Shown piece after piece: positions 9,729 to 18,800 of a stretch of DNA of 64,000 bases. This DNA is from a virus (lineage: Duplodnaviria > Heunggongvirae > Uroviricota > Caudoviricetes). The notes beneath the pieces were generated by a model. That model saw only the letters and a program-made list of their open reading frames with translations. It was not told the DNA's origin and made no database searches. Numbering within the stretch: the first letter of the stretch is position 1; each line of letters starts with the position of its first letter. Location: IMG/VR virus record IMGVR_UViG_3300026289_000086; one strand, given 5' to 3'. The position numbers and the translations under genes were made by a program.

Positions 9729-9952
9729 GCGCCTGGTTGAGCGCGCGCGATCTTCCTGCGCAACTTCAGCCAGGCAATCAAATGGCCCCGCTGCCCATCG
9801 CCACCGCCGTCCAGGCCTGGAACCTGATGGGCGGTATCGACTGGTCGGCGCTACCGATCGTCGTTGATCTCCTCGGCGTCTCCGACCCCGAAGCCCTCAT
9901 CACCCAGCTGGTTGCCATTCGCGACCACCAGAACGACCAAGGGAGCGACTGA
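9725..9952 (+). CDS. gpT-like extension, expressed by −1 frameshift from the chaperone gene
   Basis: Track ORF 9737..9952 is in the −1 frame relative to 9390..9728. Slipping at AAAAAAC (9719-9725) gives the continuous reading '...EDALKK-LSAWLSARDLPAQ...'. Confidence 0.55.
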   Translation: MSAWLSARDLPAQLQPGNQMAPLPIATAVQAWNLMGGIDWSALPIVVDLLGVSDPEALITQLVAIRDHQNDQGSD

Positions 9953-9955
9953 ACC

Positions 9956-12082
9956 ATGGCCCTCGCCACGCTAACCATCGACATCATCGCCAAACTGGCG
10001 AACATCGAGCGCGACCTCGGCAGGGTTTCCGGTCTGGCCGAGAGGAGCGCCAAGCGCATGGAGAGCGCTTTTGCCGGGGCCTCGTCGGTCATCGCCAACG
10101 CCTTCGCCGGTCTCGCCGGCGCGTTCTCCGTCGGCGCCATGGCAGCGATGGTCACGTCGTCGATCGACGCCGCCGATGGTCTGTCGAAACTCTCGCAGCG
10201 TACGGGTGAAACGGTCGAGAATCTCGCCCGCCTGCAGTACGCCGGCAGCCTGACGGCTGTCAGCAATGAAACGCTGGCCACCAGTCTCAAGAAGCTCTCG
10301 AAGAACATGGGCGAAGCCGCTGGCGGCAGCGGCGAGGTGGCCGATGCATTCAGGGCCATCGGGGTTTCGGTAGTGGATTCGGCCGGCCACTTGCGCAGCT
10401 CGGGCGACGTGCTCAACGACGTTGCCGACCGCTTTGCCGGCTACGAAGACTCGGCCGCCAAGGCGGCCTTGGCCCAAGCCATCTTCGGGCGGAGCGGCGC
10501 CGATCTGATTCCGCTGCTCAACGCCGGATCGCAAGGCCTGAGAGAGATGGGCGACGAGGCCTCGCGGCTGGGCGTCGTCATCTCGACGGAAACCGCGCAG
10601 GCCGCGGAGCGCTTCAACGACCAGATGACGCGGGTCAATGCCGCGCTCGGATCGATCGCCAAGCAGACCGCTGCCGAGTTGCTGCCGGTACTCAACGAGC
10701 TGGCCGATTCGCTGGTGGAGATCGCCAGGGAAGGCACCGGCGCCAGTCGTTCATTCAGCCCGCTGTCGGACGCCTTCCGCGCGATCATCGTCGTAGGCGG
10801 GAATGTGGCCTATGTGTTCAAGTCGATCGGCACGGAGATCGGCGGCATGGCGGCGCAACTGGTCGCCCTGGCCAGGCTCGATTTCAAGGGCTTTGCGAAC
10901 ACCGGTGAAGCGATGCGCGAGGACGCCGAGAAGAGTCGCAAGGCGATCGACGCGTGGTCGGCGCGTGTCCTGTCGGCCGGCAAGTCCGCGGGACAGACTT
11001 TCAGCGACTACAGCAACGAAGGCCGGGGGCGCGGGTTGGCAGAGCCCGCCAAGACCGCTGCGCCCAACTTCAACGTTCCCAAGGTCAAGTCCTCCGGTGG
11101 CGGGCGCGCTGCCAAGGCGATCGACGACGGCCAGCGCCTGGTCGATCAGTTGCGCGACCGCATTCGGGCGACGCAGGAACTCACCGAGGTCGAGAAGCTC
11201 GAGGCGGCGATTGCCGACGGCAAATACAGGACGGCCTCCGCGGCGAACCTGGAGATTGCCCGCGGCTACGCCGAAACACTGGACGCGATAAAGGCCGCCA
11301 GGACCGCCGCCGAGGAAGAGGCCGACATGCAGCGCCAGCGTCTGGCGGTCTTCGCCGAAGGGCAGCGCGTCTTCGAGTCGGTGCGCACGCCGGTCGAAGC
11401 GCTCGACGCCGAAGTCACGCACTTGGTCGCACTCCTCGACGCCGGCGCGATCAGCATGGACACCTTCGGCCGTGCTGCGTCCAGAGCCGGCGAAGGCTTT
11501 ATCCAGATGGGCGAGAAGGCGAAGGAAACCAGCGACGTGATGGACGAGTTCGCCAAATCAGCCGCCACGAACATCCAGTCGGCGTTTGCCGATTTCCTCT
11601 TCGACCCGTTCAAGGACGGCATGAGCAGCATGCTCAAGCGCTTCGGCGAGACGATCCAGCGGATGATCGCCGAGGCGGTCGCCGCCGATCTCGGCAAGCG
11701 GTTGTTCGGCGATCTCGCCAAGGGCGGCGTCGGTGACGGGCTGCTGGGCAGCGCGTTCAAGGTGCTCGGCGGCCTGCTGCCGAATGCCGATGGCGGCGTC
11801 TACCGCTCGCCGAGCCTCTCACGGTTCTCGGGCCAGATCGTCAGCAGCCCGCGCCTCTTCGCGTTCGCCGCCGGTGCGGGCGTGATGGGCGAAGCCGGGC
11901 CGGAAGCGATCCTGCCGCTTGCCCGCGGTTCGGACGGCAAGCTCGGGGTGCGCGGCGGGAACTCGATCAGCGTCACCGTCAATATCCAAGGTGTAGCCAA
12001 CGCCGCCGAGTTGCGCCGGGCGGGCGGTCAGGTCGGTCGCGAGGTGCTCGCTGCGATCAGCCGCGCGCAGCGCTTTGCATAG
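9956..12082 (+). CDS. Tail tape measure protein
   Basis: 708-aa Ala/Gly-rich helical protein immediately after the G/GT pair, with a typical TMP composition. Confidence 0.85.
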   Translation: MALATLTIDIIAKLANIERDLGRVSGLAERSAKRMESAFAGASSVIANAFAGLAGAFSVGAMAAMVTSSIDAADGLSKLSQRTGETVENLARLQYAGSLTAVSNETLATSLKKLSKNMGEAAGGSGEVADAFRAIGVSVVDSAGHLRSSGDVLNDVADRFAGYEDSAAKAALAQAIFGRSGADLIPLLNAGSQGLREMGDEASRLGVVISTETAQAAERFNDQMTRVNAALGSIAKQTAAELLPVLNELADSLVEIAREGTGASRSFSPLSDAFRAIIVVGGNVAYVFKSIGTEIGGMAAQLVALARLDFKGFANTGEAMREDAEKSRKAIDAWSARVLSAGKSAGQTFSDYSNEGRGRGLAEPAKTAAPNFNVPKVKSSGGGRAAKAIDDGQRLVDQLRDRIRATQELTEVEKLEAAIADGKYRTASAANLEIARGYAETLDAIKAARTAAEEEADMQRQRLAVFAEGQRVFESVRTPVEALDAEVTHLVALLDAGAISMDTFGRAASRAGEGFIQMGEKAKETSDVMDEFAKSAATNIQSAFADFLFDPFKDGMSSMLKRFGETIQRMIAEAVAADLGKRLFGDLAKGGVGDGLLGSAFKVLGGLLPNADGGVYRSPSLSRFSGQIVSSPRLFAFAAGAGVMGEAGPEAILPLARGSDGKLGVRGGNSISVTVNIQGVANAAELRRAGGQVGREVLAAISRAQRFA

Positions 12083-12090
12083 GGGCCGAC

Positions 12091-12726
12091 ATGCCGGAAT
12101 TTCTCTCCGAGCGGCTACCGGTCGATGTGCGCATGGGTGCGAGCTACGCCGACGAGTACGCCGTCGAAATCACCACCACCGCCGGTGGCGCCGAGTACCG
12201 GCGACTGATCCACGGTTTTCCGGCGCGGCGCTTCACGATCAACTACACGCTGCTGCGCGATGACCTGGCCGCGCGGGTGCTGGCGCTCTATCACCGTGCC
12301 TATGGCAAGTTCGCCGGTTTCCGGGTGCGCTGCGCTGACGATTTCTCGACCAACAATCACACCGGGGCGCCGACGGCCACCGACTGGGTGCTACCGAAGA
12401 TTTCCAGCGGGGTGTACCAGTTGATCAAGGGCTACGGCAGCGGTGCGACGCCGCTCGGTATCGGCCTGCCGTACCGGAATCTGTACAAGCCGGTTTCCGG
12501 CACGGTACTCGTCTCGAAGAACGACGTCCCGCTCAGTTCGGGCGTGTCGGTCGATTACACCACCGGGCGCGTGACCATCACCCCGGCGCCAACCTCCGAA
12601 GTGATCAAGGCCGGCTGCGAATTCGACCTGCCGTGTCGCTTCAATTCCTCGATCGAGATTACTGCCTTGAGTAAGTCCATGCGCGACTGCGGGTCGATCG
12701 ACATCATCGAGCTACTGCAGCCATGA
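12091..12726 (+). CDS. Distal tail protein (DUF2460 / TIGR02217 family; RcGTA g12-like)
   Basis: The N-terminus 'FLSERLPVDVRMGASYADEYAVEITTTAGGAEYRRLIHGFPARRFTINY' matches the conserved phage DUF2460 family that follows tape-measure genes. Confidence 0.7.
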   Translation: MPEFLSERLPVDVRMGASYADEYAVEITTTAGGAEYRRLIHGFPARRFTINYTLLRDDLAARVLALYHRAYGKFAGFRVRCADDFSTNNHTGAPTATDWVLPKISSGVYQLIKGYGSGATPLGIGLPYRNLYKPVSGTVLVSKNDVPLSSGVSVDYTTGRVTITPAPTSEVIKAGCEFDLPCRFNSSIEITALSKSMRDCGSIDIIELLQP

Positions 12727-13571
12727 AATCCGTCGTTGCTGATTACCGCTACCGCATCCTGTGCCTGCGCATCGTGCCGGTCACCGGGTCGCCGATCTAT
12801 CTGACCGACCACCCTCGGGATCTGGTGATGAGCGGGCACACCTACCTGTCGACGGCCGGCTACCAGTTCACCGGCCAGTCGGCGACCGCCGGATTCTCAC
12901 CGGCCTCGGTCGACATCGAAGGCATTGCCGGGGCCTCCGGGCTGTCGCGCGCCGCCCTCGGCAGCGGCCTGTTCGACGGGGCGCGCTGCTACGTCTTCGC
13001 GACCTCGTGGGCGGCGCCGGTCGAGGACCAGGAACCCGTCGTCGCCGGCATCTTCGGCAAGGCGACCCTGCTCGACCACCGCTTCCAGATCGGCGGCGTG
13101 TCGTTGATCGACGCGCTGAACCAGAGCGTCGGGCAGACCTATGGCGCGCAGTGCCCGAAGGTGTTCTGTGGGACCGAATACGCCGGCTGCGGCGTCTCGC
13201 TGGCCGCCAACACCGTTATCGGCACACTGACCAACGTGACCAGTGCGGCGGTGTTCAGTTCGGCCGCACGAACGGAAGCGGACGACACCTTCGGCGCGGG
13301 CACGATCCAATTCACCAGTGGGCCGAATGCCGGGCTAAAGGCGCTGGAGATCAAGAGTTTCGCGGGTGGGGTGATCACCACCTTCGAGCCGTTCTATTAC
13401 CTGCCGGTGGCCGGCAACGCCTACAGCATGGTGCGCGGCTGCCGCAAGCGGCTGTCCGATTGCCAGAACCGCTGGGACGGCTCCGGCACGTTCTCCAACG
13501 TGGCGAACTTTGGCGGCTTTCCGTGGATTCCCACCGGCAGCACCTACGCGCAGGTCGGACAGGGCGGTTGA
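12723..13571 (+). CDS. Phage conserved protein (DUF2163 / BR0599 family; RcGTA g13-like)
   Basis: Overlapping start. Size and position match the DUF2460-DUF2163-NlpC/P60-hub order. Confidence 0.65.
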   Translation: MKSVVADYRYRILCLRIVPVTGSPIYLTDHPRDLVMSGHTYLSTAGYQFTGQSATAGFSPASVDIEGIAGASGLSRAALGSGLFDGARCYVFATSWAAPVEDQEPVVAGIFGKATLLDHRFQIGGVSLIDALNQSVGQTYGAQCPKVFCGTEYAGCGVSLAANTVIGTLTNVTSAAVFSSAARTEADDTFGAGTIQFTSGPNAGLKALEIKSFAGGVITTFEPFYYLPVAGNAYSMVRGCRKRLSDCQNRWDGSGTFSNVANFGGFPWIPTGSTYAQVGQGG

Positions 13572-13987
13572 TGACGGCCGACGATATCCTTGCTGCCGCT
13601 CGGCAGTGCCTCGGCACGCCGTTTCGCCACCAGGGGCGGATGCTCGGCTTCGGCCTCGACTGTGCCGGGGTGGCGATCCACGTCGCACGCCAGATCGGCG
13701 TCGGGCATCTCGACGTGTCCGGTTACGGGCGTACGCCGGTCGATGGGCAACTCGAACGCTCGCTCGATAGCCAGCCCTGTCTGGAGAGCATCGCCATGGT
13801 CGACGACCGGCGACCGGGTGATGTGCTGCTGATGCGCTTTGCAGGCGACCCGCAGCACCTCGCGATCACCGCCGGCGACACCCTGATCCACGCCTATGAG
13901 TCGGTGGGCAGATGCTGCGAGCACCGGCTGTCCAGCATGTGGGCGGAGCGAATCGTGCGCGTCTATCGCTTCCGGGGAATCGAATGA
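13571..13987 (+). CDS. NlpC/P60 family cell-wall peptidase (phage tail-associated)
   Basis: ATG 13571 is in frame with track ORF 12761..13987. The sequence 'LGTPFRHQGRMLGFGLDCAGVAIHV' contains the NlpC/P60 catalytic Cys, and a His lies downstream. Confidence 0.75.
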   Translation: MTADDILAAARQCLGTPFRHQGRMLGFGLDCAGVAIHVARQIGVGHLDVSGYGRTPVDGQLERSLDSQPCLESIAMVDDRRPGDVLLMRFAGDPQHLAITAGDTLIHAYESVGRCCEHRLSSMWAERIVRVYRFRGIE

Positions 13988-16900
13988 GCAGTGGCGGGCA
14001 GGTGGTCGGCGGGCTCGTCGGCGCGGTGGCGGGGTTCTTCCTCGGCGGCGGCACCCCCAGCGGCGCGCTGTACGGGGCGCAGATCGGGATGACGCTCGGC
14101 GGCTACCTCGATCCGCCCAAAGGGCCGACGGTCAATGGCCCGCGGCTCAATGACCTGTCGGTCCAGACCAGCACCTACGGTGCGGTCATCCCGCGCGTCT
14201 ACGGCACGGTGACGGTCAACGGCAACGTCTTCTGGCTGGAGAACAACCGGCTGAAGGAAACGGTCACCCGGAAGAAGTCCGGCGGCAAGGGCGGTGGCGG
14301 CAAGACGACCACGCGCACCTACACCTACTCGGCGACCTTTGCCGTCGGCCTGTGCCAGGGGCCGATTGTCGGCGTGCGCCGGATCTGGATCGGTCCGGAT
14401 CTGATCTACGACGCGGGCTCGTCAGATCCAGGAACGATCGCGGCCAGCAACGCGGCGGCCAGCGGTTTCCAGATCTACCTCGGCACCGACAACCAGGCTG
14501 CGGATGCGCGCATGCAGGCGACGCTCGATGTCGCCAATACGCCGGCCTGGCGCGGGCTCGCTTACCTCGTCTTCTACGACCTGGCGCTGGAGCGCTACGC
14601 GAATAGTCTGGCCGGCGCGCAAGTTCGTGTGGAGGTGGTCGAGCAGGGCGCGGTCGGCGGGCCTGCCGACGTAAGTTTCTTTTCTTTGCCGAGCCTGACG
14701 TCCCACTCGGGGCCCTTGTGGGATGGGGTGGATTGGTACGGCGTGATCTTGCTGAACACCTCAACGGCGCGGATGGTGACCTCGCCGGACATGGCGTCAT
14801 GGACTCAAATCGCCACCATGCCCGCTCGGTCATGGTCGCGGATTCTCTATCACCAGGGGGGGTACATCGCCAGCGCGCCGACGACGCCCGGGTTCTCGGG
14901 CGCAGGCGTCGCCACCTCAAGCGACAAGGTCAATTGGGTGGTTCGCTGGAGTGGGTCATTCGGCCGCTGGACTTTGAAATGGATCGTTCCTGGCAACGGC
15001 GGCGTTTTATTCATCGAGGGTCAACAAGGCACGGATGGCAACAGCGCGGCTGGAACGCGTTCAGTCCTTCTGGATGCCAATTTCGTGCTCGTCAACTACG
15101 GCTGGATTGTTCCGAACTTCGATTGTGGCCATTCGCAACCGTGCCATAACGGCACGGTATTCATCGTCGGAGGGAATGTGGGGGCCGTGCCACGGCTCTT
15201 CCTATCCACCACCGGCGTGGGCACCTGGTCGGAACAAGCCGTACCGGTTGGCGTTTCCCACATTTACGGGATCTGTGCCTTCGGATCATCGTTGCTGATG
15301 GCGGCATTCGACCAGAGCACGCGTACGGGAAAAGTGGCCGTGTCGACCGATTCGGGCGGCAGCTGGAGTGCCTGGGTAAATCTGCCGCCTTGTCTCGGGG
15401 TTGGCGGATGGCGAAATCCGAACTGGAACGGCGCTGAATTCTTCCTCTGCGAACACGGTACCTCGCAGTGGGCGACGAGCCCGGACGGCGTGAACTGGGA
15501 GGCGCACACGACAACTGCCGGCCTGCCGGCCCACCGGCCGGATTCGTTCCAGAAAGGGTGGAACGGGTCGGCCTGGGGGTCCTTCAGCAATGAAGTCGGT
15601 GGGGCGTTTCTGTTCACCTCGGCGACAAGCGGCATCACGCCGAGCGATACGTCGCTGAGTGCAATCGTCGCCGCCGAGTGCCTGCAATCCGGCCTGCTCA
15701 CCAGCGGCGACATCGACGTGACTGCGCTAGCTCAGTCGGTGCGCGGTTACCGCGTCGGCAGCATCGGGGCGATCCGGGCGGCGCTTGAACCGCTGCAGGC
15801 GGCCTGGCCGTTCGATGTCGTGCCGCACGGCTACAAAATTCGGTTTGTGGTGCGCGGAGGGGCGTCCGTCGTTACCATTCCTGCGGCGGACCTCGACGCG
15901 CGGGGCGAAGGAGACGCGCCGGGAGTGCAGATCACGACCAGCCGGGAGATGGATTCGCAGCTTCCGCGCCGGGTGACGGTGCAGCATCTCGATTACGACC
16001 GTGAGCACAACGCCGGCACGCAGTACGCCGAGCGTCTCAATACGGCGGCGATCAACGCGCTGGTGCTTGATCTCCCGATCGTGCTGACGGCGACGGAAGC
16101 GGCGGGCAAGGCGGAGGTGCTGCTCTACCTCTACTGGCTGGAGCGTTACGACGTGTCAGTGACGCTGCCGCCGACGTACAACCAGTTGGAGGCGGGCGAC
16201 GTAGTGACGCTGGTCACACCCGAGGGCAACGTCAGCCTGCGCCTGACGGCGATCCATTACACCAGCGACGGACGGATTGCGTGCCAGGCGAAATACGCCA
16301 GCGCGGCGATCTATACGCCGACTGCGGTCGGGGCTTCGCCGGTGGTCAGCGGGACGACGACAGTCACACCAGTAGGTGCGTCGGTGTATGTGCTGATGGA
16401 CGTGCCGACTGTCAGTAGCGCGCAGTCGGGGCCGTCATTCCTGGTGGCGATGACCGGTGCGCTGGCGGGATGGCGAGGCGGGGTGCTGATGCAGTCGACC
16501 GACGCCGGCTCGACTTGGGCAAGTCTGCAGGACTTCGGGCCACCGGGGGCATCCCTGGGAACCTGCACCAACAGCATCGGCGCGGTGGAGCAACGGGTGA
16601 TCGACAACGCCAACGTGCTCGATGTGACGCTGACGCAAGGCGAACTATTCAGCATGACGCAACTGGCGATGCTCGGTGGGGCGAATCACTTTGCGTACGG
16701 GGCAGACGGGCGCTGGGAGATCATCGCGGCGCAAGATTGCACGCTGGTGAGCGGCACGAGCTACGTGCTGCAGAACCTATTGCGCGGACGATTCGGCAGC
16801 GAGTGGGCGATGGGGCTGCATGCGGTCGGCGATGCGCTGATCCTGCTCGACCCCACCGACGTGGCGGCCATCGCGATGAGTGCAGGCACGATCGGCTTGT

Positions 16901-17325
16901 CGTACCTCTACCGCGGCGTGACCGTTGATCGTGACATCAGCACCGACGCCAACCGGGCCTTCGCGTATCAGGGGGTCAATCTCAAGCCACTATCGCCGAT
17001 CGCACTGACCGGAGACCGGGACCCTTCGAGCAATGATTGGGCGCTGACCTGGATTCGGCGCACGCGCGATGGGGGCGAGTGGCGGGACTACGTCGACGCG
17101 TCGCTTGGCGAGGCCACCGAGGCGTACGCCATCGACGTCTACGCCGACGGCAGCTACGCGGCGGTGAAGCGGACGATCACGGCGAGCACGCCTTTCTGTG
17201 TGTATGCCAGTTCCGATCAGGTCGCCGACTTCGGCACCAACCAGGCGACGCTGTATCTCAAGCTCTCTCAGATCTCGGCCACCGTTGGCCGGGGATATCC
17301 GCTCACCGCTTCCCTCACGAGGTAG
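13984..17325 (+). CDS. Tail hub / host-specificity protein (RcGTA g15-like, gpJ-analogue)
   Basis: ATG 13984 (ATGA overlap) is in frame with track ORF 13912..17325. This ~1110-aa protein sits at the expected position after NlpC/P60. Confidence 0.7.
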   Translation: MSSGGQVVGGLVGAVAGFFLGGGTPSGALYGAQIGMTLGGYLDPPKGPTVNGPRLNDLSVQTSTYGAVIPRVYGTVTVNGNVFWLENNRLKETVTRKKSGGKGGGGKTTTRTYTYSATFAVGLCQGPIVGVRRIWIGPDLIYDAGSSDPGTIAASNAAASGFQIYLGTDNQAADARMQATLDVANTPAWRGLAYLVFYDLALERYANSLAGAQVRVEVVEQGAVGGPADVSFFSLPSLTSHSGPLWDGVDWYGVILLNTSTARMVTSPDMASWTQIATMPARSWSRILYHQGGYIASAPTTPGFSGAGVATSSDKVNWVVRWSGSFGRWTLKWIVPGNGGVLFIEGQQGTDGNSAAGTRSVLLDANFVLVNYGWIVPNFDCGHSQPCHNGTVFIVGGNVGAVPRLFLSTTGVGTWSEQAVPVGVSHIYGICAFGSSLLMAAFDQSTRTGKVAVSTDSGGSWSAWVNLPPCLGVGGWRNPNWNGAEFFLCEHGTSQWATSPDGVNWEAHTTTAGLPAHRPDSFQKGWNGSAWGSFSNEVGGAFLFTSATSGITPSDTSLSAIVAAECLQSGLLTSGDIDVTALAQSVRGYRVGSIGAIRAALEPLQAAWPFDVVPHGYKIRFVVRGGASVVTIPAADLDARGEGDAPGVQITTSREMDSQLPRRVTVQHLDYDREHNAGTQYAERLNTAAINALVLDLPIVLTATEAAGKAEVLLYLYWLERYDVSVTLPPTYNQLEAGDVVTLVTPEGNVSLRLTAIHYTSDGRIACQAKYASAAIYTPTAVGASPVVSGTTTVTPVGASVYVLMDVPTVSSAQSGPSFLVAMTGALAGWRGGVLMQSTDAGSTWASLQDFGPPGASLGTCTNSIGAVEQRVIDNANVLDVTLTQGELFSMTQLAMLGGANHFAYGADGRWEIIAAQDCTLVSGTSYVLQNLLRGRFGSEWAMGLHAVGDALILLDPTDVAAIAMSAGTIGLSYLYRGVTVDRDISTDANRAFAYQGVNLKPLSPIALTGDRDPSSNDWALTWIRRTRDGGEWRDYVDASLGEATEAYAIDVYADGSYAAVKRTITASTPFCVYASSDQVADFGTNQATLYLKLSQISATVGRGYPLTASLTR

Positions 17326-17328
17326 ACC

Positions 17329-17997
17329 ATGGCCAGCAGCACCACGAATCTCGACCTGATCGCGCAATCGCAGGCGTCCAAAGAAGTGACGGCAAATGCG
17401 CTGTTCGACGCCGTCAGCCCGGCGACCTTGTTCGGCCGGCGCGCCAGTCTGTGCTCGGGGCTCAACTGGTTCTACTACGGCGGCGTGATGCTGGTCGACG
17501 GCGTGCTCACGGCGATTGCCAACAATGCGGCGGCGTTGGTGCTGAGTGCGTCGACCACGAATTACATCGAGGCGACGCGCGCGGGCGTGGTGTCGAAGAA
17601 TACCGTGGGCTTCACCGGCGGATCGATTCCGCTCTACACCGCCGTCACCGGGGCGTCATCGGTGACGAGTTACACGGATCAGCGGGCATGGGTGGCGCCG
17701 GCTTTCTTGCCGAGTAATGGCAGCATTGCCGTCACCACGGCGGATGTCGATCTGACTGCGCCGGCCAATGCGGACAAGGCGCGATGCTCCTACCTGACGA
17801 CGACGGGCGTACTGACCGCCAATCGGAACGTCATCGTGCCGAACAGTTGGCAGGCCGTCGTGTTCTGCAACAACAGCGGGGCGTTCACCACGACGTTCAA
17901 GACGGTGGCGGGAAGCGGCGTCGTGGTGGCGCAGGGCAAGCGGGCCATGCTGGTTGCCGATGGGTCCAACGTCGTTCGCATTACTCCGGACACATGA
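17329..17997 (+). CDS. Tail fibre-like protein (DUF2793-like)
   Basis: 222-aa Thr/Ala/Val-rich protein following the hub gene, as in GTA-like tail modules. Confidence 0.55.
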   Translation: MASSTTNLDLIAQSQASKEVTANALFDAVSPATLFGRRASLCSGLNWFYYGGVMLVDGVLTAIANNAAALVLSASTTNYIEATRAGVVSKNTVGFTGGSIPLYTAVTGASSVTSYTDQRAWVAPAFLPSNGSIAVTTADVDLTAPANADKARCSYLTTTGVLTANRNVIVPNSWQAVVFCNNSGAFTTTFKTVAGSGVVVAQGKRAMLVADGSNVVRITPDT

Positions 17998-18052
17998 CAA
18001 GCCACCGCGGCAGAACTCGCTGCCTCGAACACAATCCCGTTTCAACCACCTG

Positions 18053-18088
18053 ACCGCCCGAGGCAGATGCCTTCGGCGGTCTTTTTGC
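18053..18088 (+). terminator. Rho-independent terminator after the tail fibre gene
   Basis: Hairpin 'gaccgcccgagg-cagatgc-cttcggcggtc' followed by TTTTT. Confidence 0.6.
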
Positions 18089-18100
18089 ATTGGAGAGTTC

Positions 18101-18472
18101 GTGCCAGAACCAACAAATAGTGGCGTCGCCGGGGCCGCGGCGTTCAAGGCCGCCGGAGGTGCCGCGGCGGGCGGGGCATTGCTCTCGGCCATCGTCGTGA
18201 TGCTGATGACGCCGCCGCGATCGACGCGCGAGTGGGCGGTGGGTTTGATCAGCACCGTCGTCACCGGGATCAGCGGCGGGGCGATCGCCGTCCAGTACTT
18301 TCGGTTGCAGGAGTGGGTGGATTCGCTGACTGGGGTCGTGGCGCTCGGCGGTTTGATCTTCGGCTGCGGTCTGCCGGGCTGGGCGATTGTGCGCTGGGTC
18401 TTCAACTTTATCGAGCGCAACCGGGATGCAGGGATCGATGAGGTGGCCAAGGAAGTGAAGGAGGTACTGTAA
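18101..18472 (+). CDS. Putative holin-like small membrane protein
   Basis: GTG 18101 with a GGAGAG ribosome-binding site. About 123 aa with 2-3 TM helices, located after the tail genes. The 5' part of track ORF 17954..18472 overlaps the fibre gene and is unlikely to be translated. Confidence 0.4.
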   Translation: MPEPTNSGVAGAAAFKAAGGAAAGGALLSAIVVMLMTPPRSTREWAVGLISTVVTGISGGAIAVQYFRLQEWVDSLTGVVALGGLIFGCGLPGWAIVRWVFNFIERNRDAGIDEVAKEVKEVL

Positions 18473-18800
18473 TGAATGCGGGATGCTGGAGGCCGCACGC
18501 GGCATCAGCGAACTCCGCAGTCTGCTCGATGCGTTCAACGAGGCGCGGCCGAATGAAGAATTCGACCCTACCCCACACTACCGCCGCCTTCTTTCTCCTG
18601 ATCGCGCTGCTGAATACCCGATCACTTCGCAGCAACTGGGCACGGGCTCCCCGCTGAGGTCCTACTGGCGGAGTCAGCGACGACTTCTCTGGAATCTCAC
18701 GACCTCGCCAACCATCGCCCCTTGCTTCGTTGCTTTCGGTGAGGTACAAAGCTCGCTCTGGCAGCCGCGCTCGATCAGATATGCGTGCGAGGATGATCAC

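Noticed and set aside
12761-13987. Single 408-aa ORF spanning the DUF2163 and NlpC/P60 regions
   Set aside because: Its N-terminal 270 aa are an out-of-frame overlap of gene 12723..13571. The NlpC/P60 gene starts at ATG 13571 with ATGA coupling.
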